NCBI RefSeq assembly: GCF_000025685.1 | Contig: NC_013966.1 | Span: 510,001-542,000, forward strand | Length of the DNA: 32,000 nucleotides | DNA from: Haloferax volcanii DS2 | Lineage (GTDB): Archaea; Halobacteriota; Halobacteria; Halobacteriales; Haloferacaceae | Direction: 5' to 3' | Shown here: in pieces, positions 23,532 to 31,791 of the stretch | Numbering within the stretch: the stretch's first letter is position 1 | How the letters are laid out: each line of letters starts with the position of its first letter | The notes under the pieces: model-generated | What the model was told of the DNA's origin: nothing | Database searches by the model: none | The model's input: the letters and a program-made list of their open reading frames with translations, nothing else | Program-made: the position numbers and the translations under genes

Positions 23532-24494
23532 ATGTCATCATCGACCGTGATGGTTACGGGCGGGACCGGTTTCATCGGCTCGTACGTCGCGTCGGACCTC
23601 GTCGCGGCCGGCCACGACGTGGTCGCCTACGACCGCTCGACCGACCCGCGCATCCTCGACAGACTCGGCGTCGCCGACGACGTGACGATACGCCGCGGCG
23701 ACGTGACCGACCCGACCGACGTGTTCCGGGCGGTGCGAGAGATCGGCGCGACGCACATCGTCCACCTCGCGGCGCTCCTGACGACGACGGCGCGGGAGAA
23801 CCCGCGGGCCGCGCTCGACGTGAACGTCCAAGGGACGAACAACGTCTTCGAGACCGCGCGCGCCCTCCCCGAGCAGGTCGAGCGCGTCGCGTGGGCGTCG
23901 TCGGCGGCGGTGTACGCCCCGCCCGCGAACTACGGCGGCGACTTCGTGACCGAGTCCGACCTCGTCTACCCCGATACGCTCTACGGGGCGACAAAGGAGT
24001 ACAACGAGCATCAGGCCCGAGTCTACTACGAGGACTTCGGCGTCTCGCACGTCGCGCTCCGACCGACGGTCGCCTACGGCCCGTACCGCGAGACCGGCGG
24101 GTCCGCGTTCCTCGCGAACATCGTCGAGAAACCGGCGCTCGGCGAGCCGTTCAGCGTCGACTACGGCGACCAGGTCATCGACTGGCAACACGTCCGCGAC
24201 ATCGCGCAGGCGTTCCGCAAGGCGACGTTCGTGCCCGAAGACGACCTCTCCCAACGCGTCTACAACGTCCGCGGGGAGTTGGCGACGATTCGCGAGGCCG
24301 CGGAGACGGTACGGCGGCTCCTCCCCGACGCCGACCTCACGGTCTCCGGCGAGGGCGAACTCCCGTGGACCCAAGAACTCGACGTGACGCAGGCGCAAGC
24401 CGACCTCGGCTACGACCCGGAGTACGACCTCGAAGCCGGGTTCCGCGACTACGTCAACGTGCTTCGGAAGGAACACGGGTTGGAGCCAGTCTGA
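23532..24494 (+). CDS. NAD-dependent epimerase/dehydratase (extended SDR)
   Basis: ATG 23532 within ORF 22842..24494. It has the Rossmann motif VTGGTGFIGS and catalytic YGATK (YxxxK). Confidence 0.88.
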   Translation: MSSSTVMVTGGTGFIGSYVASDLVAAGHDVVAYDRSTDPRILDRLGVADDVTIRRGDVTDPTDVFRAVREIGATHIVHLAALLTTTARENPRAALDVNVQGTNNVFETARALPEQVERVAWASSAAVYAPPANYGGDFVTESDLVYPDTLYGATKEYNEHQARVYYEDFGVSHVALRPTVAYGPYRETGGSAFLANIVEKPALGEPFSVDYGDQVIDWQHVRDIAQAFRKATFVPEDDLSQRVYNVRGELATIREAAETVRRLLPDADLTVSGEGELPWTQELDVTQAQADLGYDPEYDLEAGFRDYVNVLRKEHGLEPV

Positions 24495-24533
24495 GCCGAG
24501 AGCCGACGGGCCGAAACGTCGCCGTGGAGTCGG

Positions 24534-24743
24534 TCACGGCCGCCGAGCGTCGTCGGCGCCCTCGGTCTCGGGACCGTCCAGCAGGTCGCGGATATCGTCG
24601 GGCGACAGCAGGTCGACGAGGCTCTCGCCCGAGTCGTAGCGCTCGCGCTCGTCGGGCGTGAGATAGTCCGCGAGGTCGCGTTCTGTGAGCAGTTCCTCGA
24701 GTCTGTCGTCGAGGTCGTCCGGGTCGTAACCGGGGATGACCAT
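24534..24743 (-). CDS. Small highly acidic hypothetical protein (69 aa)
   Basis: Complete ORF with a halophile-like acidic composition. TATA-like TTATAA lies about 24 nt upstream of the ATG on the minus strand. No recognisable domain. Confidence 0.45.
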   Translation of the reverse strand: MVIPGYDPDDLDDRLEELLTERDLADYLTPDERERYDSGESLVDLLSPDDIRDLLDGPETEGADDARRP

Positions 24744-24821
24744 ATCACCGGATTGTCGCGAGCGCCCTTATAACACGGCACGCGTCGCGTTTCCGACGAG
24801 TTCGGAGGGCGAGCCGCCCGC

Positions 24822-25193
24822 TCACCCCACGACGACGCCGTCGTCCTTCGCGTTCGGCGCGCCGACGACGAACACCTCGCCCGCCTCGACACAGCGCAGT
24901 TGCCGAACCTCGTCGGGCGAGACGACCACGAAGTCGCCCGGTTCGAGGTCGAGGGCCTCGGTCTCCTCGCCGTCGTCGCCGGCGAAGGCGAGTTCGAACG
25001 CGCCGGAGAGGACGTGATACAGTTCCTCTTGTTCGCGCTGGTAGTGCATCGGTCCCGACCCGCCCGCATCGAACGACCAGACCGACGGGCGCATCTTCCG
25101 CGGGCGAAGCTCGTAGCCGACGGCCTTGACTCGGGCGTCGGCGTTCTCCACGTCGTGCGGTTCGAGGTCGGCGAGGTTGACGTGTTCGTACAT
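24822..25193 (-). CDS. Cupin-fold protein with a degenerate metal motif
   Basis: 123 aa. Cupin motif 1 reads GPMHYQREQEELYHVLSG (HxH becomes HxQ). Motif 2 reads PGDFVVVSPDEVRQL, with no His at the usual position. TATA-like CTATAAT lies about 23 nt upstream. Confidence 0.72.
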   Translation of the reverse strand: MYEHVNLADLEPHDVENADARVKAVGYELRPRKMRPSVWSFDAGGSGPMHYQREQEELYHVLSGAFELAFAGDDGEETEALDLEPGDFVVVSPDEVRQLRCVEAGEVFVVGAPNAKDDGVVVG

Positions 25194-25258
25194 CGGCGCG
25201 AGCTACGAAGGGCGGGATTATAGCTGTGGTGACGATTGCCGTGGGAACTGCTGTCGCG

Positions 25259-25849
25259 CTACTGCGTCTGGGAGTACTCTTCGACCCACTCCTGTAAGCT
25301 GATTCCCATCGCGGCCTGCGTGATGGCGTTCGAGGACGCCGAGTTCGCGCTCTTGACGAGTTCGGCTTCGAGCGTCCGGGTCGGAATCTCACCGATAAAG
25401 TGGGGAATGGCGCGCTGGACCGCGAGCGGGCAGCCGACCTCGTGGGCGAGGGCGTAGCCCGAAAGCGAGTGCGGAATCTCCCCGCTGGCGTACTCCGGGT
25501 CGGGGTCGTCGAGTCTGTCGTCGTCCACGAAGTCGACGTACTCGTAGCACTTGCCCACGTCGTGGAGGAGGCAGGCCGCGCGGACCACGTCGAAATCCGG
25601 GTCCGCGCCGTGGAAGTCCCGCTGTTCCTCGGCGGCGCGGACGGCGATGCGGGTCACGCCGCGGACGTGCTCGACGTTCGTCACCTCGTGGATGTTCCAC
25701 GCGTAGGGGATGTCTGCGATGTCTCGCCAACCGCCGCGGGCGAGACCGAGACACCAGGCTTCTCTGACCCTGTCGCGGAGGCCGTCGTCCTCGATGTCGT
25801 CGAGTTCGGGGAAGGCGACCTCGACCTGCGCGCGGTAGTCGTGCGACAT
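25259..25849 (-). CDS. HD-domain metal-dependent protein
   Basis: 196 aa with the HD dyad in ACLLHDVGK and further His at about aa 54, 61, 127, 136 and 150. It starts 3 nt after the stop of the double-EthD gene, so the two are probably co-transcribed. Confidence 0.78.
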   Translation of the reverse strand: MSHDYRAQVEVAFPELDDIEDDGLRDRVREAWCLGLARGGWRDIADIPYAWNIHEVTNVEHVRGVTRIAVRAAEEQRDFHGADPDFDVVRAACLLHDVGKCYEYVDFVDDDRLDDPDPEYASGEIPHSLSGYALAHEVGCPLAVQRAIPHFIGEIPTRTLEAELVKSANSASSNAITQAAMGISLQEWVEEYSQTQ

Positions 25850-25852
25850 CGC

Positions 25853-26575
25853 TCAGCCCCCGCTCGCGTCTTTCTGAACCGTCTCGCGGCCGACGAACCG
25901 CGGACGGTCACCGATGGAGAGGAAGTTGTCGACATCTTCGCGGGGCGCGTTCGCCTTCGGGTGGTCGGGGTCGTAGTCGCGCGAGGACTCGTGGCCGAGG
26001 CCCGCCCGGAGCGCGTCGAGGCTCTCGAAGTAGAGTTCTGCGACGCCGTCGAACTCGGCGCGTTCGGGGTCGGTCGGGACGACGCGGGCGTACCGGACCA
26101 CGCCGGGAATCTCGCGGGCGAGGGGGACGTGGGTGTTCGCCCAGTGGTCGAGGAACTCGTCGTGGCTCATCCCGTCTTTGCGGACGAGAAACGCCGAGTG
26201 CTTGTAGAGGCCCGTCGTGTCGCCGCCGGTCTCGTCTTTCTCGACGACCTCCTCGCCGATGATTCGAGGGCGTCGCTCGACGTCGAGGAAGTTGTCCACG
26301 TCGGCTCTCGCTTCTCTCGCCGTCCCCTTCGCCGGGTCGTAGTCGCGCGAGCCCCCGCCGCCGAGCGCGTCGTGGAGGGCGTCGAGGTCGTCGAAGTAGA
26401 GTTCCGCGAGACCGTCGAACTCGGAGGCCTCGGCGTCGACGGGGAGGACCGTCTGGTAGCGGACGACGCCCTCGATGTCGCGGGCGATGGGCGTGTGGTT
26501 GTCCTGCCAGTACGTGACGAACTCGTCGTGACTCATCCCCGCCTTGCGGACAGGCAGGGCTACGTGCTTGTACAT
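25853..26575 (-). CDS. Tandem double EthD-domain protein
   Basis: ORF 25853..26845 trimmed to ATG 26575 (MYKHVALPVRKAGMSHDEF...). Two ~120-aa halves are clearly homologous (MYKHVALPVRKAGMSHDEF / LYKHSAFLVRKDGMSHDEF; FDGLAELYFDDLDAL / FDGVAELYFESLDAL). TATA TTTATTTT lies about 27 nt upstream. Confidence 0.8.
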   Translation of the reverse strand: MYKHVALPVRKAGMSHDEFVTYWQDNHTPIARDIEGVVRYQTVLPVDAEASEFDGLAELYFDDLDALHDALGGGGSRDYDPAKGTAREARADVDNFLDVERRPRIIGEEVVEKDETGGDTTGLYKHSAFLVRKDGMSHDEFLDHWANTHVPLAREIPGVVRYARVVPTDPERAEFDGVAELYFESLDALRAGLGHESSRDYDPDHPKANAPREDVDNFLSIGDRPRFVGRETVQKDASGG

Positions 26576-26675
26576 GCGTACACCTGCCGATTCGCGTATG
26601 AGAAAATAAATCATGAGGTGTGTTCGCAACGCCCATCTACAACAAATTAATGTGATAGTCACGAGTGGTGGGCGT

Positions 26676-27950
26676 ATGCCTTTCCACGAGCGGGGGTTCA
26701 TGAGCGGGACCCGCGGGACGATGGCCGTCGACTGGGAACAGCGCATCGACGTAAAGCGGATGCGCGAGGAGCGGAAGGACCGCGCCCTCTCGCGGATGCG
26801 CGATGCGGGTCTCGGGAGTATGCTCCTCATCGACGACCCGAACATCCGGTACGTGACCGGGTTGGCGATGACCGGCGGGTCGGGCGCGGACCACTACTCG
26901 CTGCTTCTGGAAGACGGCACGGTCGTCCACTGGGACACCGCCGACCACGCGAGCAATCAGCGGTACAACTGCCCGTGGCTGACCGACGTTCGCTACGGCT
27001 GTCCCGGACTGGGGAACGTCCCGCGGGCGTCCGGCCGCGACTCGGCCCGGTCGTTCCTCCTCGACAAGATGGCCCAGACCGTCGTCGACGCCCTCGACGA
27101 GTACGGCCTCGCGAACGAGGCGATGGGCATCGACACCGGCCACGCGGGGCTGCTCGACGCCTTCGAATCGAAGGGCATCGACGCCCGGCCGGCCGAGTGC
27201 GCGGCGGTGATGGAAGACGCCCGAAAGACCAAGACCGAAGACGAAATCGAATGTCTGCGACAGGTCGCGGCCATCTGCGAGGCGGGCTTTCAGACCATCG
27301 CGGAGAACGCGAAACCGGGCGCGCGGGAGTCGGAGGTGTGGGGCGACGCCGTCCGCGAACTCTGGCGGCACGGCGCGATGGCGCAGGGCGGCTACCTCAC
27401 GTCGGGGCCGAACACGTGGCCGAAGCACCAAGCGAACACGACGGACCGGCTGATTCGCCCCGGCGATCTCGTCTACGCCGACTTCTACAACGTCGGCTAC
27501 CTCGGCTACCGGTCGTGTTACTACCGGACCTTCTCGATGGGCGAGCCGACCGACGAACAGCGCGACGCCTACGAGACGGCCCGCGACAACCTCTACGCCG
27601 TCCTCGACGAAATCGAGCCGGGGAAGACCACCGACGAAATCGCGGCGGCGTTCCCGGACATGGCGGGCGAACACGCCGACTGGTACGGCGCGGACGACCA
27701 CTGGCAGCTGACGACCAACCACTGGGCCCACGGCCTCGGCCTCCAACTGTACGAGGTGCCGCTCATCTGGCGCGGCCTCTCGCCGGACCATCCCATAGAA
27801 ATCGAGGCGGGGATGACGATGGCCGTCGAGACCCAGGAACCGGCGGGGAGACAGGGCGTCCGCGTCGAGGAGATGGTCGTCGTCCGCGACGACGGCGTCG
27901 AACTCCTCAGCCAGTGGCCCGTCGAGGAGATAACGACTATCGAGTACTGA
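26676..27950 (+). CDS. M24-family (creatinase / Xaa-Pro peptidase fold) protein with an altered metal site
   Basis: ATG 26676 is chosen because TATA AAATTAAT ends about 24 nt upstream; ATG 26700 and 26721 are alternatives. It has a Creatinase_N-like N-domain and a pita-bread C-domain. The ligand positions read D (YADF), C (GYRSC), H (AHGLGL), E (AVETQ) and E (VRVEEM). Confidence 0.85.
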   Translation: MPFHERGFMSGTRGTMAVDWEQRIDVKRMREERKDRALSRMRDAGLGSMLLIDDPNIRYVTGLAMTGGSGADHYSLLLEDGTVVHWDTADHASNQRYNCPWLTDVRYGCPGLGNVPRASGRDSARSFLLDKMAQTVVDALDEYGLANEAMGIDTGHAGLLDAFESKGIDARPAECAAVMEDARKTKTEDEIECLRQVAAICEAGFQTIAENAKPGARESEVWGDAVRELWRHGAMAQGGYLTSGPNTWPKHQANTTDRLIRPGDLVYADFYNVGYLGYRSCYYRTFSMGEPTDEQRDAYETARDNLYAVLDEIEPGKTTDEIAAAFPDMAGEHADWYGADDHWQLTTNHWAHGLGLQLYEVPLIWRGLSPDHPIEIEAGMTMAVETQEPAGRQGVRVEEMVVVRDDGVELLSQWPVEEITTIEY

Positions 27951-28171
27951 TTTCTGACACGGCAGAGGAACAGTTCACAAATTTTGAAACTTGTGGAATT
28001 TGTTTCCTACATTCGTCTGAGAACAGTTTCAACAGACATCAGCTCGTCAGGAGAGATTACGGTTCGGAATATCGAACGAATAGTCAGTAGTATAGAATAT
28101 CTATAACGGCTGGATACGGCGGGCGAGGATTCCCCGTGTCCCCGAGCCAGCGCCCAGCAGACCGGCCGACG

Positions 28172-29779
28172 CTACTCCGCCTTGCCGTCCTCGCGGTCCC
28201 GGCGGCGTGCGTCGGCGTCGCGGTCGTCGGGGTCGCCGTAGCCGCCGCCGCCCGGCGTCCGAACCGTGACAGTCGTCCCCGCGGGCACGTCGCGGGTCGT
28301 CTTCGACGGGACCGCCTCGCCGTCGACGAGATTCTGTCCCGTCGCCCCGTCCTCGCCGCCGGCGATGCCGCGGGGCGCGACCCGCCGGCGCTCGGTGAGA
28401 AGCGAGACGGTCGCGTCGGCCTCGACCGTGACCGACCGGACGATGCCGAGGCCGCCGCGGAACTCGCCGCGGCCGCCGCTTCCCTCGCGGAGGCCGTACG
28501 CCTCGACGAAAAGCGGGTACTCGGCTTCCAGCGCCTCGACCGGCGTGTTGAGCGTGTTGGTCATCCCGACCTGCACGCCGCCCATACCGTCGCCGCCGGC
28601 GCGGCCGCCGAAGCCGCCGCCGATGGTCTCGTAGTAGGTGAAGCCGTCCGAACCGCCGACGCGACTGCCGATGGTCAGGTTGTTCATCGTCCCCTGTCCC
28701 TGCGCGGGGACGCGCTCGGGGGCCGCGTCGGCGAGCGCCGCGAAGACCACGTCGGTCACGCGCTGGCTGGTCTCGACGTTGCCGCCGACGACCGCCGCGG
28801 GGGCGTCGGGGTTGAGGAGTGAGCCGTCGGGGACCTCGACCGAGATGGGGTCGTAACAGCCCTGGTTCGGCGGTATTTCGGGGTCGGTGACGCAGCGAAC
28901 GACGAAGTACACCGCGCTCTTGGCGACCGCGAGCGGCGCGTTGACGTTGCCGGCGACCTGGTCGGCCGTGCCGTCGAAGTCGAACGCGACGGTGTCGCCG
29001 TCGACCGTCGCGGTCACCTCGACTGGGATGTCGTCGTCGGTCACGCCGTCGCCTTCGAGCACGTCGCGGGCGCGGTACTCGCCGTCGGGCAGGTCGCGCA
29101 GTTCCGCGGTGACGCGGTTCCGGGAGTAGTCCATCACGGCGTCGAACGCCGCGAGAACGCGGGACCGACCGTGTTCCCCGACGAGGTCGGCCAGTCGCTC
29201 CTCGGCGCGCTCGTTCGCCGCGAGTTGCGCGCGGATGTCGGCGCGGCGCTCGCCGGGGTTGCGGACGTTGGCGAGGAGGAGCGACAGCACGTCGTCGTTG
29301 GTCTCGCCGCCGGCGACGAGTCTGACCGGCGGGAGTCTGAGCCCCTCCTGATAGATTTCGCGCGCGCCGGCGGGCATGCTGCCGGGCGTCATCCCGCCCA
29401 CGTCGGCGTGGTGCGCCCGCGAGACGGCGTAGCCGAGCACCTCGCCGTCGACCGAAAGCGGCGAGACCATCGTCACGTCGGGCAGGTGCGTCCCGCCCTC
29501 GAAGGGGTCGTTGAGGACGAACACGTCGCCCGGTTCCGGGCCGTAGTCGAGGACCGTGTCGACGGCCTCGGGCATCGCGCCGAGGTGGACCGGGATGTGT
29601 TCGGCCTGCGCGACGAGGCGGCCGTCGGCGTCGAACAGCGCCGTCGAGCAGTCGCGGCGCTCCTTGATGTTCGGCGAGTACGACGAGGTGATGAGCACCT
29701 GTCCCATCTCCTCGGCGACGCTCTCGAACTGGTTGCGCATGATTTCGAGCGTCACGGGGTCGACCTCGCGGTCGCTCAT
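28172..29779 (-). CDS. Hydantoinase B / oxoprolinase-family subunit (HyuB-like)
   Basis: 535 aa with an N-terminus (DPVTLEIMRNQFESVAEEMG...SPNIKERRDCSTALFD) typical of HyuB, N-methylhydantoinase B and acetone/acetophenone carboxylase alpha-type subunits. ATGA overlap with the upstream HyuA gene. Confidence 0.9.
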   Translation of the reverse strand: MSDREVDPVTLEIMRNQFESVAEEMGQVLITSSYSPNIKERRDCSTALFDADGRLVAQAEHIPVHLGAMPEAVDTVLDYGPEPGDVFVLNDPFEGGTHLPDVTMVSPLSVDGEVLGYAVSRAHHADVGGMTPGSMPAGAREIYQEGLRLPPVRLVAGGETNDDVLSLLLANVRNPGERRADIRAQLAANERAEERLADLVGEHGRSRVLAAFDAVMDYSRNRVTAELRDLPDGEYRARDVLEGDGVTDDDIPVEVTATVDGDTVAFDFDGTADQVAGNVNAPLAVAKSAVYFVVRCVTDPEIPPNQGCYDPISVEVPDGSLLNPDAPAAVVGGNVETSQRVTDVVFAALADAAPERVPAQGQGTMNNLTIGSRVGGSDGFTYYETIGGGFGGRAGGDGMGGVQVGMTNTLNTPVEALEAEYPLFVEAYGLREGSGGRGEFRGGLGIVRSVTVEADATVSLLTERRRVAPRGIAGGEDGATGQNLVDGEAVPSKTTRDVPAGTTVTVRTPGGGGYGDPDDRDADARRRDREDGKAE

Positions 29780-31791
29780 TCGCCGTCACCCCCGCTTGTC
29801 AGGACGAGCGTCCCGTCGGCTCCGACCGTCCCGCCCCACGCCGGAGGCACGACGACGGTGCTCTCGTGCTGTTCGAGGATGGCCGGCCCCTCGACGGTCG
29901 TCCTCGCGCCGAGGCCGTCGCGGTCGTAGACGGGCGTCTCGCGGAACTCGCCGTCGAAGAAGGCCTCGCGGGTGTCCTTGCGGGCGTCGCCGCCGCCGCG
30001 GTAGGTCACGTCGAGCGGGTCGCGCTCGACCACGGCGGTCGCCCGGACGTTGACGAGTTCGACCGGGTCGTCGAGGCGGTAGCCGTAGGCGCTCTCGTGA
30101 GCCTCGTGGAACCGCGCTTCGACCGCCTCGGCGTCGAACGTCTCGCCGACGGGGACGGTCAGTTCGAAGCTCTGACCGACGTACCGGAGGTCGGCGGCGC
30201 GCCGGACCGCCGCGTCGTCGGGGTCGGTCACGTCGTCGAGCGTGTCGGCTTCGAGGTCGGCGTAGGCGGATTCGACCGCTTCTGCGTCGAGGCCGGAAAG
30301 CGGTCGGCGGAGCGTCCGCACCGAGTCGTGTTTCTGGTCGGCCGCGAGCAGGCCGTACGCCGAGAGGACGCCGCAGGCCCGCGGGACCGCCACGGTCTCG
30401 ATGTCGAGGCTCTCGGCGAGGGCGGCGGCGTGCATCGGCCCGGCACCGCCGAAGGCGACGAGGCCGAACTGCCGCGGGTCGCGGCCGCGCTCGACCGTCA
30501 CGGCCCGAATCGCCCGCGTCATGTTGGCGTTGGCGACGCGGTAGACGCCGCGAGCGGCCGCGAGCGCGTCGTCCAGTCCGGCGTCGGCGGCGAGGCCGGA
30601 GAGCGCGTCGCGGGCGGCGTCCACGTCGAGCGAGAGTTCGCCGCCGAGGGCGGAACTGCCGCCGATGTAGCCGAGGACGACGTTCGCGTCGGTCACGGTC
30701 GGTTCGGTCCCGCCGCGGCCGTAGCAGGCCGGACCGGGGTTCGCCCCCGACGAGCGCGGCCCGACCCGGAGCGCGTTGCCCGAGTCGACCCACGCGATGG
30801 ACCCGCCGCCCGCGCCGACGGTGTTCACGTCCACCATCGGCGTCTTGATGGGCCGGCCGTTGATTTCGGCGTCGGTGGTCCGCTCGACCTCGCCGTCGCG
30901 GACGAGGCTCACGTCGCTGGAGGTGCCGCCCATGTCGAAGGTGACGAGGCCGGCGAGGTCGCCGCCGGAGCCGGTCGCGGTCTCCGCCGCGCCGACGACG
31001 CCCGCGGCCGGCCCGGACATCGTGGTCGTCACGGCGTGCTCGCGCACGGTCGACGCCGGGGCGATACCGCCGTTGGCCTGCATTATCTGAGGGACCGGGA
31101 CGCCGAGGTCCGCGGCCCGCGATTCGAGGCGGCCGAGGTAGCTGTCGATGGCCGGCGTCACGTAGGCGTCGACCGCGGTGGTCGAGGTGCGCTCGAACTC
31201 GCGGAACTCGGCGAGCACCTCGTGGGACGCGGAGACCGGCGCGTCGAGTTCCTCGCGGAGCACGTCGGCGACGACGCGCTCGTTTTCGGGGTGCCGGTAG
31301 GCGTGCAGCAGCGAGACGGCGACGCTCTCCGCGCCGGCGTCGCGGATGTCGTCTGCGAGCGCCCGGACCTCCGACTCGTCGACTTCGGTCTGGATGCCCT
31401 CGACGGTCGCCCGCTCCGTCACCTCGAACCGGCGGCGGCGCGGGACGAGCGGGGCGGGCTTGTCCGCGGTCACGTCGTAGAGGTCGGGTCGGGCCTGTCG
31501 GCCGATTTCGAGCACGTCGCGGAACCCCTCGGTGGTGACGAGCGCGGTCGTCGCGCCGTCGTCTTCGAGGAGGGCGTTGACCGAGACGGTCATCGCGTGG
31601 GTGAACGCGTCGACCTCGGCCGGGTCGATGCCGGCGTCGTCGCAGGCCCTCTCGATGCCGCGGACGACGCCGACGCTCTGGTCGTCCGTGCTCGGGACCT
31701 TCGCGGTGACGAGGCGGCCCTCGGGAGTCAGAAGCGCCACGTCGGTGAACGTGCCGCCGACGTCGACGCCGATTCGCGTCTCTGTGTCCAT
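29776..31791 (-). CDS. Hydantoinase A / oxoprolinase-family ATP-binding subunit (HyuA-like)
   Basis: 671 aa with the ASKHA-type phosphate-1 motif IGVDVGGTFTDV and a second DMGGTSSDV motif. Confidence 0.9.
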   Translation of the reverse strand: MDTETRIGVDVGGTFTDVALLTPEGRLVTAKVPSTDDQSVGVVRGIERACDDAGIDPAEVDAFTHAMTVSVNALLEDDGATTALVTTEGFRDVLEIGRQARPDLYDVTADKPAPLVPRRRRFEVTERATVEGIQTEVDESEVRALADDIRDAGAESVAVSLLHAYRHPENERVVADVLREELDAPVSASHEVLAEFREFERTSTTAVDAYVTPAIDSYLGRLESRAADLGVPVPQIMQANGGIAPASTVREHAVTTTMSGPAAGVVGAAETATGSGGDLAGLVTFDMGGTSSDVSLVRDGEVERTTDAEINGRPIKTPMVDVNTVGAGGGSIAWVDSGNALRVGPRSSGANPGPACYGRGGTEPTVTDANVVLGYIGGSSALGGELSLDVDAARDALSGLAADAGLDDALAAARGVYRVANANMTRAIRAVTVERGRDPRQFGLVAFGGAGPMHAAALAESLDIETVAVPRACGVLSAYGLLAADQKHDSVRTLRRPLSGLDAEAVESAYADLEADTLDDVTDPDDAAVRRAADLRYVGQSFELTVPVGETFDAEAVEARFHEAHESAYGYRLDDPVELVNVRATAVVERDPLDVTYRGGGDARKDTREAFFDGEFRETPVYDRDGLGARTTVEGPAILEQHESTVVVPPAWGGTVGADGTLVLTSGGDGE

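Noticed and set aside
27985-28025. Partial resemblance to a haloarchaeal type I-B CRISPR repeat (TTCGTCTGAgAAC and CTTGTGGaATT versus GTTTCAGACGAACCCTTGTGGGATTGAAGC as I recall it)
   Set aside because: The two matching pieces are on opposite strands relative to the repeat and require an indel. There is no periodic repetition, no spacers and no cas genes in the window. Matches of this length are expected by chance.
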